Source: Pristiophorus japonicus
Lineage: Eukaryota
Direction: 5' to 3'
Length of the DNA: 64,000 nucleotides
NCBI RefSeq assembly: GCF_044704955.1
Contig: NC_091992.1
Span: forward strand, 29,946,001 to 30,010,000
The notes below the pieces were generated by a model. It had not been told where the DNA came from, did not search any database, and saw nothing but the letters and a program-made list of their open reading frames with translations. The stretch's first letter is position 1, and each line of letters begins with the position of its first letter. Made by a program: the position numbers and the translations under genes. Below, one piece after another: positions 39,986 to 52,552 of the stretch.

Positions 39986-42137
39986 CCTCTTCCACCAGTG
40001 TTCCTGGCTATCACCTCCAGGGCCTCCGCCATCTGTGGCACATACTAGGTCATGGTGGCGGACATGCTGACCAGCTGTTAGGATATGCCCCCCATTGACT
40101 GGAGGATCTGCTGACCTATCTCAACACTCCTCCTGGACAAGTCTACCATGTCCCCGCTCAGATCTGCCCCTCGTGGAGCAGACCTGCTGCGTCAAACCAA
40201 CCTCCACGTGGTCGGGGCCGTCATGGAGACACCTCGGGTGCCCTGCAGCAAGGTGCTTGGGCCCGCTACCTCTACGGTGGAGGAGGGCATGGCCGCAGGA
40301 GCACTAGATGTATTTGGTGTCGAATGCATTTTGGAGCTTGGCGATGCACAATCCTCGAAGTCGGCACCGTCATCCATGGGGAAGGCACCCTGCAGCTCCA
40401 CAGGCGAGAATCGGGGCTCCTCAGCAACAGCTGGAGGATCGTCCGGCGAGTCCAGCCCCGGACCCCCAGCTCCTGGGCTCGGTGGTGTTGCATGGGGCCA
40501 CGCTGCTGGCTGAGCTACAAAACATAAATGAGGTTATTAGAAGAGAAGAGGGTGCGAGGGTCACAAGATGATTCCAACGCTAAACACAATATATGCAAGA
40601 CAAAAGCAGCACCGCTATCAACATCATCACAGACATCACATTTCATGACCATGATTCATTTATGCATTGCAATGATTCTCATGAGGCCATCATTATTTAG
40701 ATAACACTTTTATCAATCATCTATCATGTATTATTGTTCGGATATGAGTGGGCGTGGCGTCTATTGACTTTACATTATGCAATGGTGTATACTTTACTCA
40801 CGTGGCATCACATCAGGTCCTGCAGCTGCTTGCGTGGCCGACCGGGGTGGCTCCCGACTAGTGCCAGCACCCGCTCCTCAATGTCGGTGAGCTCGCTGAT
40901 GACTGGTGACCCGCCACCCGTTCGCCTCTGCTCAGCCCTATTCTTCGAAAGCTACTTCTGTAAAAGGTAACACCAGCACAACATGGCATGAGATCATTGT
41001 GTGAAATCATTGCTAGGTACTGTCACAGAGACTGATACAACACATAACCAACAAATGTAATCATGATTATTATGAAAAATATTATTTACATAAAGACGTA
41101 CACCGTCAACGCAGGCTTTGAGTAAAACATTCCTGGTATAAGTGCAAGACATCACATCTGATTTTAATCACTCATTACACTTACAATTCAAATTCTACAA
41201 ATATATAAGTACATGTAAATAAATGCAATACTTACACTAGCACGTCTGACAAGGTCGTTCCAGCGCTTGCGGCACTGGCTGCCCTCACGCACCTCATTCG
41301 TCGCCGACGAGACCACCTCGGTTATGTCAGCCCATATCTTCTGGTAAACCTTTGAGGTGGGCTTCCCCAGCGTGACTCCACCTCCTGCAGGAGGGAGGTA
41401 TTTACCTCGTGGGAGAATCTCCTAGCTCGTTTTCGTCCTCCCAATAGTTCCTCTCCCACCTCACTGCTTTCGCCAGCATTCTCAGTCTCCACAGTGTGCT
41501 ATGTCACCTCCTCCATCCCTTCCATTTTAACTATATTTTTTCCCAAAAAAACTCTGTGGGAACGTTATTTTTGCTCACAATTATTTTTGCTGCTGGTAAA
41601 TCTCCCTCCTACCTCCCACAACAGCCAAACAACCACACAACACACGCAAACACATTTTCAGTTCCTCTCTGCTCCCTCTCTCTCTCTCTCTCATCTTCTG
41701 CGCATGTATTGATGACCCCTGACCTCCTGAAACGCGGGAAATGACCGTTGCCATGGCGTTGTTATGGATGCTGACAGTTTATGGCACAAGGCCAAAAAAA
41801 TTAACGCTAACGCCCATTTCACATCGCTCATGGTAAGGCCCATTTTATAAAGTGGAAAGTTGGGGTTTTGAAAATGGGCGATAATCCGATGATCTCAAAA
41901 CCCATATTAACCACCAACACTGGAAATAATGCCCATTTTTGTGCGATCTGCACAAAAATGGAAAATCTAGCCCCATGTGCCTAAACACTTGAGCTGTGTT
42001 TAGGCTACAATTACTCTGCCATTTTTGTATCCATGCAAAGTGGTTTTGGATGTGTTTCAGAGTGCCAGAGGCGGTATAACTCGAGTCAGGTAACAATCTT
42101 ACTCCTAAATGCACAACAGAAAAGAGACAAGGCCAGT

Positions 42138-42604
42138 GTCAGCTGTGGCTCAGTTGGTAACACCATCGCCTCTGAGTCAGGAGGCTGTGTGTTCAGATCC
42201 TACTCCAGAGACTTGAGCACAAAAATCTAGGTTGACACTCCAATGCAGTACTGAGGAAGTACTGCACTGACAGAGGTGTCATCTTTCAGATGTGACATCA
42301 AGTGAAGGTCTTGTCTGCTCTCTCAAGTAAATGTAAAAGATCCTGTGACACTATCTTTGGAGAAGTGTATGGGAGTTATGCCTGGTGTCCTGACCAATAT
42401 TTATCCCTCAGTCAACATCACGAAAACAGATTATCGGCATATTATCACACTGCTGTTTGTGGGAGCTTGCCGTGTGCAAATTAGCTGCCACATTTCCTAC
42501 ATTGCAACAGTGACTACACTTAAAAAGTACTTGTTTGGCTATAAAGCGCTTTGGGATGTCCGGTGGTCATGAAAAGCATGATGTAAATGTAAGTCTTTCT
42601 TTTT
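42138..42604 (+). mobile_element. tRNA-headed Deu-domain SINE (SacSINE1/AmnSINE1-like)
   Basis: A-box TGGCTCAGTTGG, decayed B-box, central TGTCCTGACCAATATTTATCCCTCA...CTGTTTGTGGGAGCTTGC domain, L2-like tail. Confidence 0.85.
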
Positions 42605-42669
42605 ATAGGATGGTGCTCAAAAGAGGGAAAGTGAATATGCAGACCAGATATAATTATTTCAGAACACGA

Positions 42670-42830
42670 TGATTGTTTGGAACGGGCTGACCAGAGAGGA
42701 AATCGAGGCCATTAACACCAGTAATTTTAAGAGGGAGTTGGACAAAAATTTCGCAAAAACGTCAGTTGTGAATGTAGCCGGATATAGCGAAATGGCCCCT
42801 TCCGATCCTCTGCATCACTATGTTTCTGTA
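42670..42830 (+). mobile_element. Old CR1 3' fragment
   Basis: VWNGL..E.IEA....FKRELDK remnant followed by a decayed tail. Confidence 0.55.
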
Positions 42831-43084
42831 GTAGAGAACAAATTTGATTCTAAAGCTGAAAATGTTCCTGCATATATATATTAGTTTTTGTCTAAATCAG
42901 TTGCTTTGTTTGATTCAATCTGTGCTTTCCAGCTCTGTGCAGAGTGGAACCTGTAGAAGCCTTTTAATGGCTTTTGTCCCAAATAAAATAAATGATAAAA
43001 GCAAAGAGGAGGGTAGGAAAGAAACAACAGAATGGAAACTGTATTAGTGTGTTTTTAGAAACAAAAACGTGTATACCATTTTGC

Positions 43085-43342
43085 CCTAGGTGTGCGATTC
43101 TGTCATTTTATGCAAGTGTGCTATTGTGCACATGTGCTATTTGATGCCATTTTGTGTACATGCGCTAGCTATACCATTTTGTGTACATGTGCGATCTGTG
43201 CAATTTTGTGTACATGCGCTATCTATACCATTTTGTGTACATGTGCTATCTGTGCCATTTTGTGTACATGTGCTATCTGTGCCATTTTGTGTACATGTGC
43301 TATCTGTGCCATTTTGTATACACGTGCTATCTGTGCCATTTC
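43085..43342. repeat. 27-bp minisatellite, about 9 copies (CTGTGCCATTTTGTGTACATGTGCTAT)
   Basis: Directly visible tandem units; ORF track shows 9-aa periodicity. Confidence 0.92.
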
Positions 43343-44074
43343 AGGATCATGCTGAAGACAGGTGTGCTAGACTTCAACATAACAAACCTCAAATGGCCTA
43401 CAGATTAAACATTAACAATATAATTAGTGAATTATAATGATGTTTAATGAGTGATCTTTTAGAAAATATTAGCTAATACATTTTTAAGCTCAACAAAAAG
43501 CATCTTCACAAAATGAACTTTGCTCAGGTTTTAATTTTCTCACGGCTATTTTCAACAGTTGAGTGAATAACACTGATTTTTTTTAAAAACAAAGCTTGAT
43601 GCAAGTATGTATTTTGTCTGTTCGTGTCAATTGGAACACTGGAGTGTACAGGACCGGAAAAGATTATTGAGATCCATCTGACCAGTCTCATAAGAATGTA
43701 GGCTTATGGTGCTTGTGAGGAGGCTGCTCCTGTAATATAAAAGGGCCGTATAATTGACATCTGAACCCTGAGATGGAATTACTGACTTAAATTCATTGCC
43801 TGGTTTTCTTGATGAAGATTATGAAGTTGGCAGTCTGTGATGTTGTCTTTTTATTCTCGATTATTCCTAGTGGACAGAAGGCAGATTACTGCATGCAAGT
43901 GATGTTTGATGGCATTTTCACTGAAAGATTAATGTTTATGATATCTGCAATTGATCACTGGGAAATATTACTTTTTAAACAGATTTTCTCAGCAGTTTTA
44001 TTGGGCTTCTCATGAGTGAGCTTATCGCCTACTTTGCAAAGGAAAGTGGAAATCCAGAGAACTGAGAGAGCTAT

Positions 44075-45660
44075 AAAAAAAACAACAGAAGGGAATCAAG
44101 AAAGAAATAAGAGGTGCAAAAATAATAGTATGAAACAAAACTTGCAAGGGATATCAAATCCAACGATAAAACCTTTAATAAATGTATTATGAGAAAGAGA
44201 GTGGTAAGGGTGAATGTGTGCCTGTTAAAGACAGATGCAGGGGATACTATAATGGATAATAAGGAAATCGTAGACTTGTAAAATGAAGACATTTAATATT
44301 TAAGGGAATCAAGGGATATGGGGATAGGGCAAGAAAATGCAGTTGAGGTAGAAGATCAGCCATGATCTTATTGAATGGCGGAGCAGACTTGAGGGGCAGT
44401 GTGACCTATTCCTGCTCCTATTTCTTATGTTCTTATGCTTTGTATCCATTTTCACAAGAGAGGAAGAGGATAAAGTATCAGTAGTACAAGGGAACCTAAA
44501 CATAAGTCAAGGAGAGGAACTTATTGGATTTAATATAAGTAATAAAATGGTAATGGAGGAAACAATGGGATTTAAATTTCTAGGACCTGATGGTTTCCAC
44601 CTAGGGTATTAAAAGAAACAGGAGAGGACATTACTGATGCATTAGTCATAATTTTGCAATGCTCTCTAGATTCAAGAATTGTGCCTTTGGATTGGAAAAT
44701 TGCAAATGTCACTCCATTATTTAAGAAAGGATGGAGCGAGAAATGAGGAAACTACAGACCTAGCAGATTAACGTCAGTTGTGGGGATGTTACTGGAATCC
44801 ATCATCAGGTATAGAATGACTGAGTATTTGAATAAGTATGAGCTGATCAAACTGGTGTCATAACAGAATTGTGTAGGGTAGGCTTATATTAAATGGAATT
44901 TAGAAGAATGAGAGGGGATCTCATAGAAACCTATAAAGTTCTGACGGGATTGGACAGATTAGATGCAGGAAGAATGTTCCCGATGTTGGGGAAGACCAGA
45001 ACCAGGGGTCACAGTCTAAGGATAAGGGGTAAGCCATTTAGAACCGAGATGAGGAGAAACTTCTTCACTCAGAGTTGTGAGCCTGTGGAATTCTCTACCA
45101 CAGAAAGTTGTTGAGGCCAGTTCATTAGATATATTCAAAAGGGAGTTAGATGTGGCCCTTATGGCTAAAGGGATCAAGGGGTATGGAGAGAAAGTAAGAA
45201 TGGAGTACTGAAGTTGCATGATCAGTCATGATCATATTGAATGGTGGTGCAGGCTCGAAGGGCCGAATGGCCTACTGCTGCACCTATTTTCTATGTTTCT
45301 ATGTCTGACTAATCGAGTTGAATTTTTTGAGGAGGTCACTTGGATGAATGGATGTTATCTATATGGACTTCCAGAAGCCACTTGAAGATTCCTCGTAAGA
45401 GATTATTAACAAAAGTGAAAGCATGCAGAATTGGAGGTAACCTTGTGACATGGGTTGGTAATTGGTTGAAAGGTAGGCAACAGAGAAGGGATAAAGGGAG
45501 TGTTCTTTAATTGGCAGGAAGTGAACAAGTTTTCAGCACATATGTCAATGACTTGGATGAGGGAATAGAGAGTTGTATATCCAAATTTGCAGATGGCACT
45601 AAGTTTGGAGGCACAGTAAGTTGTGTAAAAGGGAACTGAAAATTACAAAGGGACATGGAG
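44075..45660 (+). mobile_element. Old degraded CR1 ORF2 with two younger CR1 3' fragments nested (about 44300-44437 and 44895-45303)
   Basis: GPDGFH, WKIANVTPLFKKG, YMDFQK, KFAD remnants; nested tails TTCTTATG and TTCTATG. Confidence 0.85.
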
Positions 45661-47262
45661 GGATTGGGGTAATTTTACCTTTGGGCAATGGTGTAAAGCA
45701 AACGATATTGAATTAATCGCCCATTATACAACTCGTTCGATTTTCCCTAACATTGACTTTAATGGAAGGGAAAATCTACAGTTGATTACTGGGAAATAAT
45801 GCTGTCAGTCTCAATATATTCAGAATATTACTGGGCCACTACCTTCCATCCCTTACTTAATAAGTGGACTCAGCCTTAAAGACTCTAATTTAAAATATAT
45901 TGCATTGCAACAGCATTTTCTTCATTCTATCTGGAAATATTGTTGCAGTTTCTCTATTCCTACACTTTATCGGGATTTTGTGAGGTTAATTTTATTATAG
46001 AAATCTGCTTAATGTTCAGACTTCAATTTTGGTTAAATACAAAGATATGTTTAGCTGGTCTGCAATTTATGAAACAGTATGTGCACAATGAGATGAGAGG
46101 TGGAAATGGTGAAGAGAGCCATAGTTTTCCGTTGGTCTCCGCTGGTTATGGTGTCGGGTACCTGCAGTGTGAATCCACTGGATCAAATCGCAATCTTAAA
46201 AATCCCGAAAAACAACTCCCAACATTTACTGATGCTACACTTCATTTTCCTATACTTACTTATGGCTTCGGTGAGTCAGATTAAAGAATTTGTACTCATT
46301 TATGGCCAAGTTAAAGACAATTATGCTGTATGCACTGAGAAATGGAGGTGAAGGCTGCTCAAGATCAGAAATAAATCTGCCATGGATGGACTTGTGGCCA
46401 GGTGTAAGAGGCGAAAGGGCAATTTTATTACCTATCGTTCTACTCTAAGCTTTACAAAACTGACATATTGTTGCAAAATTAATACATCAGTTTTAATGAT
46501 ATCTGAATATTTTTGAATAAAACATTCTATTTGTCTTCTACCATATGATCAATGCCTTCTGATGCTTAGGGCAGAGTTTGGAAAAGAATCCATGGGAATT
46601 CCAACAGAGATACTGGCCCCAATATTTACGGGGCCATGCATTCAGAGCGGGGTTTCAGTAATTTTTCAATAATCTACATTTGTAACTTAACTGTGTGATT
46701 ACATTCTGTTGTATACCATGCCATATTTTTACCATTTAAGGCTCGAACCAATTATTGACATCTAATTAACAAGAGATAATAAAACTTTGCTTTGGGAAAT
46801 GAGAAAAGAATGAAAAAAATTCCATGATTAAATAACAAAACCCAGCATTGAAAATTTTCTATTTTAGATGCTAAGTTCACTTCTATATTTGGCTAAATAT
46901 AGCCCATTGGCACTTTTTTATTGATTGGGGTATTAGTTAAAATTCTTGGGGGCTTTCAGTTTAGCTTAAGCATCTTGTATTTATTAACTGGAAATGCTGC
47001 ATCTTAACAATTAACAATAACAACATAAAAGAGCTCAAATGTAACATCTAGCCTGATCTAGAATTGCTAACTTGCATTTGTGCAAAAACAGTGTTAATCA
47101 TTTGTAAATCCTGTCAAATACGAATGATTAGCCAAACATTTCAGCCAAATATTTCAGCCAGTCTCATCAGGGTATGACTGCAGCTAAACCTCAAGGTCAA
47201 TCGAATTTAAATTAAACAGCAATTACAGGAAAATCAAGATTACGAAATTTGCATTAAATATT

Positions 47263-47790
47263 GGCCCGGATTTTACGGTGCTTCTGACAGCACATGCACA
47301 GCATACGCTGTCAGAAGCCTTCAAATGGCCCCACAGGTTTTGGGTTTCCACATGCGGCGCGTATGCGCGTAAACACAGAACTTGCGATCTGTCAAGTTTC
47401 GCTCAGACCGATCCACTGCAAGTTCATTTTTGCTATCGCAGAATTGGGCTATTGGCCCAGCGAATCCCCACCAACCCCTTATGCCTAGTAAAAGCAGGTG
47501 CAAGGCCTTCATTTACCAGCATAAGATTTAAAATAAATGTTAAAATAAAATGTTTACTTAAACATTCACTTACATTTAAAATTAGTTTAGTTAAATTTTG
47601 TTCTGTTTAAAATTGTTTAAATTTATTTTTCAAAAATGTAAATTTTTATTTAAAATGTTTAATTAAAGAGTATTTGAATTAATTTTGAACCTGTGATCAT
47701 TTATTTTTATTTAAATGGGGTGAAATTTTATTTATGAGGTTATTCCTATCATACTTATGGGGATTCCGTACGTAAATGGAATCCCCATGA
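47263..47790. mobile_element. Harbinger-like MITE arm, truncated by CR1
   Basis: End GGCCCGGATTTT; hairpin series and AT-rich tract homologous to 57335-58078 and 22630-23372. Confidence 0.7.
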
Positions 47791-49005
47791 CCATAAGAAC
47801 ATAAGAACATAAGAATTAGGAGCAGGAGTAGACCATTTAGCCCCTCGAGCCTGCTCCGCCATTCAGTAAAATCATGGTTGATCTGATCTTGGCCTCGACT
47901 CCACTTCCCTGCCTGCTCCCCATAACCCTTGACTCCCTTATCGTTCAAAAGTCTGTCTATCTCCACCTTAAATATATTCAATGACCCAGCCTCCACAGCT
48001 CTCTGGGTAGAGAATTACAAAGATTCACGACCCTCAGAGAAGAAATTCCTCCTCATTTCTGTTTTAAATGGGTGACCCCTTATTCTGAAACTATGCCCTC
48101 TAGTTCTAGATTCCCCCATGAGGAGAAACATCATCTCTGCATCTACTCTGTCAAGACCCCTCAGAAACTTATACGTTTCAATAAGATCACCTCTTATTCT
48201 TCTAAACTCCAATGAGTATAGGCCCAACCTGCTCAAGCTATCTTCATAAGTCAATCCTCTCATCTCTGGAATCAACCTAGTGAACCTTCTCTGAACTGCC
48301 TCCAATGCAAGTATATCCCTCCTTAAATAAGGAGACCAAAACTGTACACAGTCATCATCCTCATAGGCAGTCCCTCAGAATCAAGGAAGACTTGCTTCCA
48401 CTCTTACAATGAGTCCTTAGACGGCTGAACAGTCCAATACGAGAGCCACAGTCCCTGCCACAGGTGGGACAGATAGTCGTTGAAGGTAAGGGAGGCTGGA
48501 ACAGGTTTGTCACACATTCTTTCCGCTGCCTGCGCTTGTTTTCCGCATGCACTCGGCGATGAGACTCGAGGCGCTCAGCGCCCTCCCGGATGCACTTCCT
48601 CCACTTAGGGCGGTCTTTGGCCAGGGACTCCCAGGTGTTGATGGGGATGTTGCACTTTTTCAGGGAGGCTTTGAGGGTGTCTTTGTAACGTTTCCTCTGT
48701 CCAACTTTGGCTCGTTTGCCATGAAGGAGTACTCCAGGTGTGGTCTCAATGCCCTGTACAGTTGCAGCAGGACTTCCCTACTTTTATACTCCATCCCCCT
48801 TGCAATAAAGGCCAACGTTCCATTTGCCTTCCTAATTACCAGCTGTACCTGCATGCTAACTTTTTTGTGTTTCATGTTCAAGGACCCCCAGCACTGCAGC
48901 ATGTGATATTTAAATGGAGAGAGACTAACAATTTGCTTTTTTATTTTTCCTATCAAAGTGGATAACCTCACATTTTCCCACATTATACTCCATCTACCAA
49001 ATTTT
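47791..49005 (-). mobile_element. CR1 3' fragment, interrupted by RTE
   Basis: (CATAAGAA)n tail; ORFs 48015..48305 and 48660..49046 match the CR1 ORF2 C-terminus. Confidence 0.9.
48353..48733 (-). mobile_element. RTE-clade LINE 3' fragment nested in CR1
   Basis: CPTCGRDCGSRIGLFSRLRTH C-terminus and (TGA)n tail; AGT present at both junctions, restoring CR1 CACAGTACTCCAGG. Confidence 0.88.
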
Positions 49006-49414
49006 ACTTTGGGGTTTATTTTTCTCCGTTCCCTAATTTTAACCAAAAATGAGTGTGAACGGAGAACGTCTCTTTATACTCACAACTACTTTTTTTCTAA
49101 AATTACTTAACAAAGGAAAATATACCTCTGGGTATTGCAACTGCACCAGTTGTGTATATATAATCTAATATATGAAGCTGACATTTCAAAGAAAGCCCTA
49201 ATGCATTGAAAACAAGTTGCTGGAAATGCGTTCCAAAATTAAATTCCCAGTGGTGAAGAGAATTTAGCAAAGTTATTGTACAAAATGTTCATAAAGAAAC
49301 ATGATTGTAGTCATCGATGCCATTAATGTTGTTCTGAGGAAGCTGCTAATTGGTAATAAACAGCATAAACATCATTGTGCTGGTTCCACTTTAGTAGGAT
49401 TCTTATTTACTGCT

Positions 49415-49848
49415 CGTCAGTTGTGGCTCAGTTGCCTCTGAGTCAGAAGGTTGTGGGTTCAAGTCTTACTCCAGGAACTTAAGCACATAAATCTAGGTTG
49501 ACACTCCAGTGCAGTGCTGAGGAAACGCTGCACTGTCAGAAGTGCTGTCTTTTGGATGAGACGTTAAACCGAGGCCCAGTCTGCTCTCTCAGGTAGACGT
49601 AAAAGATCTCATAGCACTATTTCGAAGAAGAACAGGGGAATTATCCCTGGTGTCCTGGCCAATATTTATCCCTCAATCAAAAAAAACAGGTTATCTGGTC
49701 ATTATCACGTTGCTGTTTGTGGGAGCTTGCTGAGCGCAAAATGGCTGCCGCATTTCCCACATTACAATAGTGACTACACTCCAAAAGTAGTTCATTGGCT
49801 GTAAAGCGCTTTGAGACGTCTGGTGGTCGTGAAAGTCTTTCTTTTCTT
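49415..49848 (+). mobile_element. Deu-domain SINE
   Basis: GTGGCTCAGTTG, GGTTCAAGTC, GATGAGACGTTAAACCGAGGCCC core. Confidence 0.88.
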
Positions 49849-50547
49849 TTAAGTTTGCAGTCCCAAGTGATGGTTGAGATAAGAGCAAACTTAAAAATGC
49901 AGACAGAGCGAAGATGAAAATCTCCCTGCCTGGTCTTGCTCCTCATATGAATTGCTCATCAATTTGTAATTTAGAGGGAAGGACAACAGTTATTTTTCAT
50001 TCCTATCTGCACATTACAAACTTCCAGCTTTTATTCATCAGAACAAGTGACTGCATTGAGAAGCCCTGGCATAGAAGTCACAATTTCAATCAGTAAATAC
50101 CATCTAAAGCTGGCACGAGGCTCGAATGTGCAAACAGGTCAGCCATTTTTAGAACAAAGGCGGCCACCAAGCTAACATTTGATTGAGAAATTTCACATCT
50201 ACTACACTGACAGCATTCTTAGCTTCTCACACTGAACTGTCTATTAGATTGAATGATGAGGCATGAAAGCATGAGGAGACCACAAGTAAGGTGTGAAAGT
50301 GAGAACATGAAAGAGATTCTTGAGAAGCAGTAGCAGTTAGGTATTTACTTTGTATTTGAGTGTTGAAGGAGAGGAATTACTGAATAGCAATTACAGTTCG
50401 AGTAAAATATTTCAATAATAACAGCCAACAAATGAGGGGCAAGACCTAGTATATTGCAGATACCGAAAGAAAGTAGACTAAAATTCCAGCACAGAATCAG
50501 CAAAACTGGGGGAAGAATTTGGGATAGAACTTATTTCTACCCCTTTC

Positions 50548-51479
50548 GGGTCAGATTCCTGAACTTTAACAGAGGGGAAGCAGGTACTTCTTCAATCCGC
50601 CCTCCCTCCATTATAATGTCACGTTTGGAAATGGGACTGGTGATGCCAGGCTCCCCCATAATTTCCATCAATTCTCCCCAGCGTATGTCCAGCTGAAAGT
50701 GTGCTGGCATGAAGCAGGCATACCTGCCAAACAACTGTAAGTGGGGTCCAGAATCCCAATGGCATTCGAACTCCGAGCTCAACCAATTTAGGAGTTCCCT
50801 CAGCAGAACCTGCTCTCAAGAGGCGTGGAATCCACTGGGCCTATCAGAGTGAGCTGGGCAAAATTTGCAAACTGACAGGAGAGATTGGTCCAGCAAAAGC
50901 AGCCTCCCATCGGCTGAAGTCTGGGAGATTTTGACACCCCGGACCTGATCTGCACGCTTGCTGTATGTCTCAGCTTGAACCCGGCAGGAAGCACTAGCTG
51001 GCCGGTGAGCTAGGGTGGAATTTTGGACGGCAGGAGGTCACCACCGAGGTCCTGAAGGAACAGATCCCCGCCACTAAGGTAAGTGGTTGCGATGGGAGCC
51101 AGATGCTCAGAGGAGGCAGGAAGTCCAGGACAGGGGAGACCCAAGGTTTCCTTGTAGAGCAGGAGGAGCACTTCTGCTCCTGGCCCACAAGAAAAACATT
51201 TTTGTAAAAAAAATAAACTTATCTTTCTGGGCCTCTTACGTCCCTGGCTTCTTTTCTAGACAGGCAGGAAAGGCACAAGGACATTCCCTTACAGAAGTGA
51301 GTTCGGATTGCAGTCGGGACCCCAATGATGTCATTGGAGCCTGATCTGCATCTTTAAAGCAGAACCCTGCTGCCTTCCAGTGGGTGCCCTGCTCACCTAC
51401 TGGTTAATACCCAGACTCACGGGAAGGCAGCTGGATCGGAAGGGGGCTTTGTAACTGCCCGCCCGCTCGATTTTCACCC
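50548..51479. mobile_element. Probable degraded non-autonomous DNA transposon
   Basis: GC-rich block with weak ends GGGTCAGATT / ATTTTCACCC and CCCGCCC subterminal motifs. Confidence 0.35.
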
Positions 51480-51600
51480 ATTGTCCTCCTTTGAATTACC
51501 TTGCTGTGCAGGAGCCTTTTGCATCTGAGAAGGACCTAGAAGAGAGAGAGAAGGGGTAAATGTTAGGATGGCAGATAGAAGCTTGAGATTGCAAGACATG

Positions 51601-51699
51601 GGGCTAGGCTTTTGGCACATAATCGCCCATTTAGCGCCCATATAAGCACTGAGATTCAGTTTATCGCCCATATTTGATGATAAATGGAAACTAGCACCC
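51601..51699. mobile_element. 99-bp mini-MITE related to Harbinger element B
   Basis: Ends GGGCTAG / GGAAACTAGCACCC; TSD ATG (51598-51600, 51700-51702); three CGCCCAT motifs. Confidence 0.65.
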
Positions 51700-51763
51700 A
51701 TGGTCTTTTGCAATTGCAGCTTGAAGTTGCAAAGCTTGCTGCATATTCATTGAATATGAATTA

Positions 51764-52254
51764 AACTAGAGGTGATCCAAAACTCAGCTGCCCATGTCCT
51801 AACTCGCAATAGGTCCTGCTCACCCATCACCCCTGTGCTCGCTGACCTACATTGGCTTCCAGTTAAGCAACACCTCGATTTCAAAATCCTCATCTTTATT
51901 GTCAATCCCTCCATGGCTTCGCCTCTCCCTATCCCTGTAATCTCCTCCAACGCCCCCACCCCACGAGATGTCTGCGTTCTTCTAATTCTGCCCTTCTGAG
52001 CATCCCTGATTATAATTGGTGGCCGTGCCTTTGACAAGCTCTGGAACTCCCTGCCTAAATCTCTCCGCCTCTCTACCTCTCTTTCCTCCTTCAAAACGCT
52101 CCTTAAATCATACCTCTTTGACCAAGCTATTGGTCACCTGCGCTAATTTCTACTTTTGCGGCTTGGAGTCAAATTTTATCGCATAATACTCCTGTGAAGC
52201 GCCTTGAGATGTTTCACTACGTTAAAGGCGCTATATAAATACAAGTTGTTGTTG
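51764..52254 (+). mobile_element. L2 LINE 3' fragment
   Basis: ORF IQNSAAHVLTR...LHWLPVKQHLDFKIL; (TTG)n tail. Confidence 0.88.
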
Positions 52255-52552
52255 AATTAACACCCTGCTGAGGCAAGCTGCCAGCCTCACTTTCCCCAAT
52301 GCCGCTCCCAGACATGCCCAATGAAAAGTACAATCAGGGGATGGTAACCTCGCTTTAACAGATACAACCCCATTTCAAGTAGACCTCGGGAGTTCCAGCT
52401 ATTACTCTCGTCAAGTCTTCGGGCTGCACGATCTGGAGGGCAGCCTGACAAATATATTAAAAAGAGGCCCAAGAGTTAACTTTGCCAGGCGACACCATGG
52501 GGTTTGACGGCCACTGACGGCCATTCACGCCCTGAGTTCAAATTGGGGCTTA

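Larger units (their letters stand above)
35209..41516 (-). pseudogene. Three-exon Myb/SANT-like gene of element B: exons 41516-41236, 40957-40802, 40514-39986 + 35470-35209
   Basis: RKRARRFSHE...LLQEVESRW...KIWADITEVVSS...QCRKRWNDLV | GTAAGT; exon 2 RRTGGG...LTDIEERVLALVG | GTGAGT; exon 3 SVEIGQQILQSMGGI; exon 3 split by Gypsy 3. Confidence 0.87.
34327..41973. mobile_element. PIF/Harbinger-like element B (transposase stub on +, Myb-like gene on -), containing Gypsy 3
   Basis: TIRs GGCCTAGACTTTCCA / TGGAAAATCTAGCCC; 3-bp TSD CAT (34324-34326, 41974-41976); subterminal GCCCATTT repeats. Confidence 0.88.

Noticed and set aside
42138-42210. tRNA gene
   Set aside because: It is the tRNA-derived head of a SINE with no intact cloverleaf.
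43090-43437. Cys-rich repeat proteins or a CRISPR-like array
   Set aside because: Head-to-tail 27-bp tandem repeat with no unique spacers, in a eukaryotic context.
45940-46284. 114-aa ORF ending near a strong donor G/GTGAGT
   Set aside because: No clear acceptor or homology; compatible with chance.
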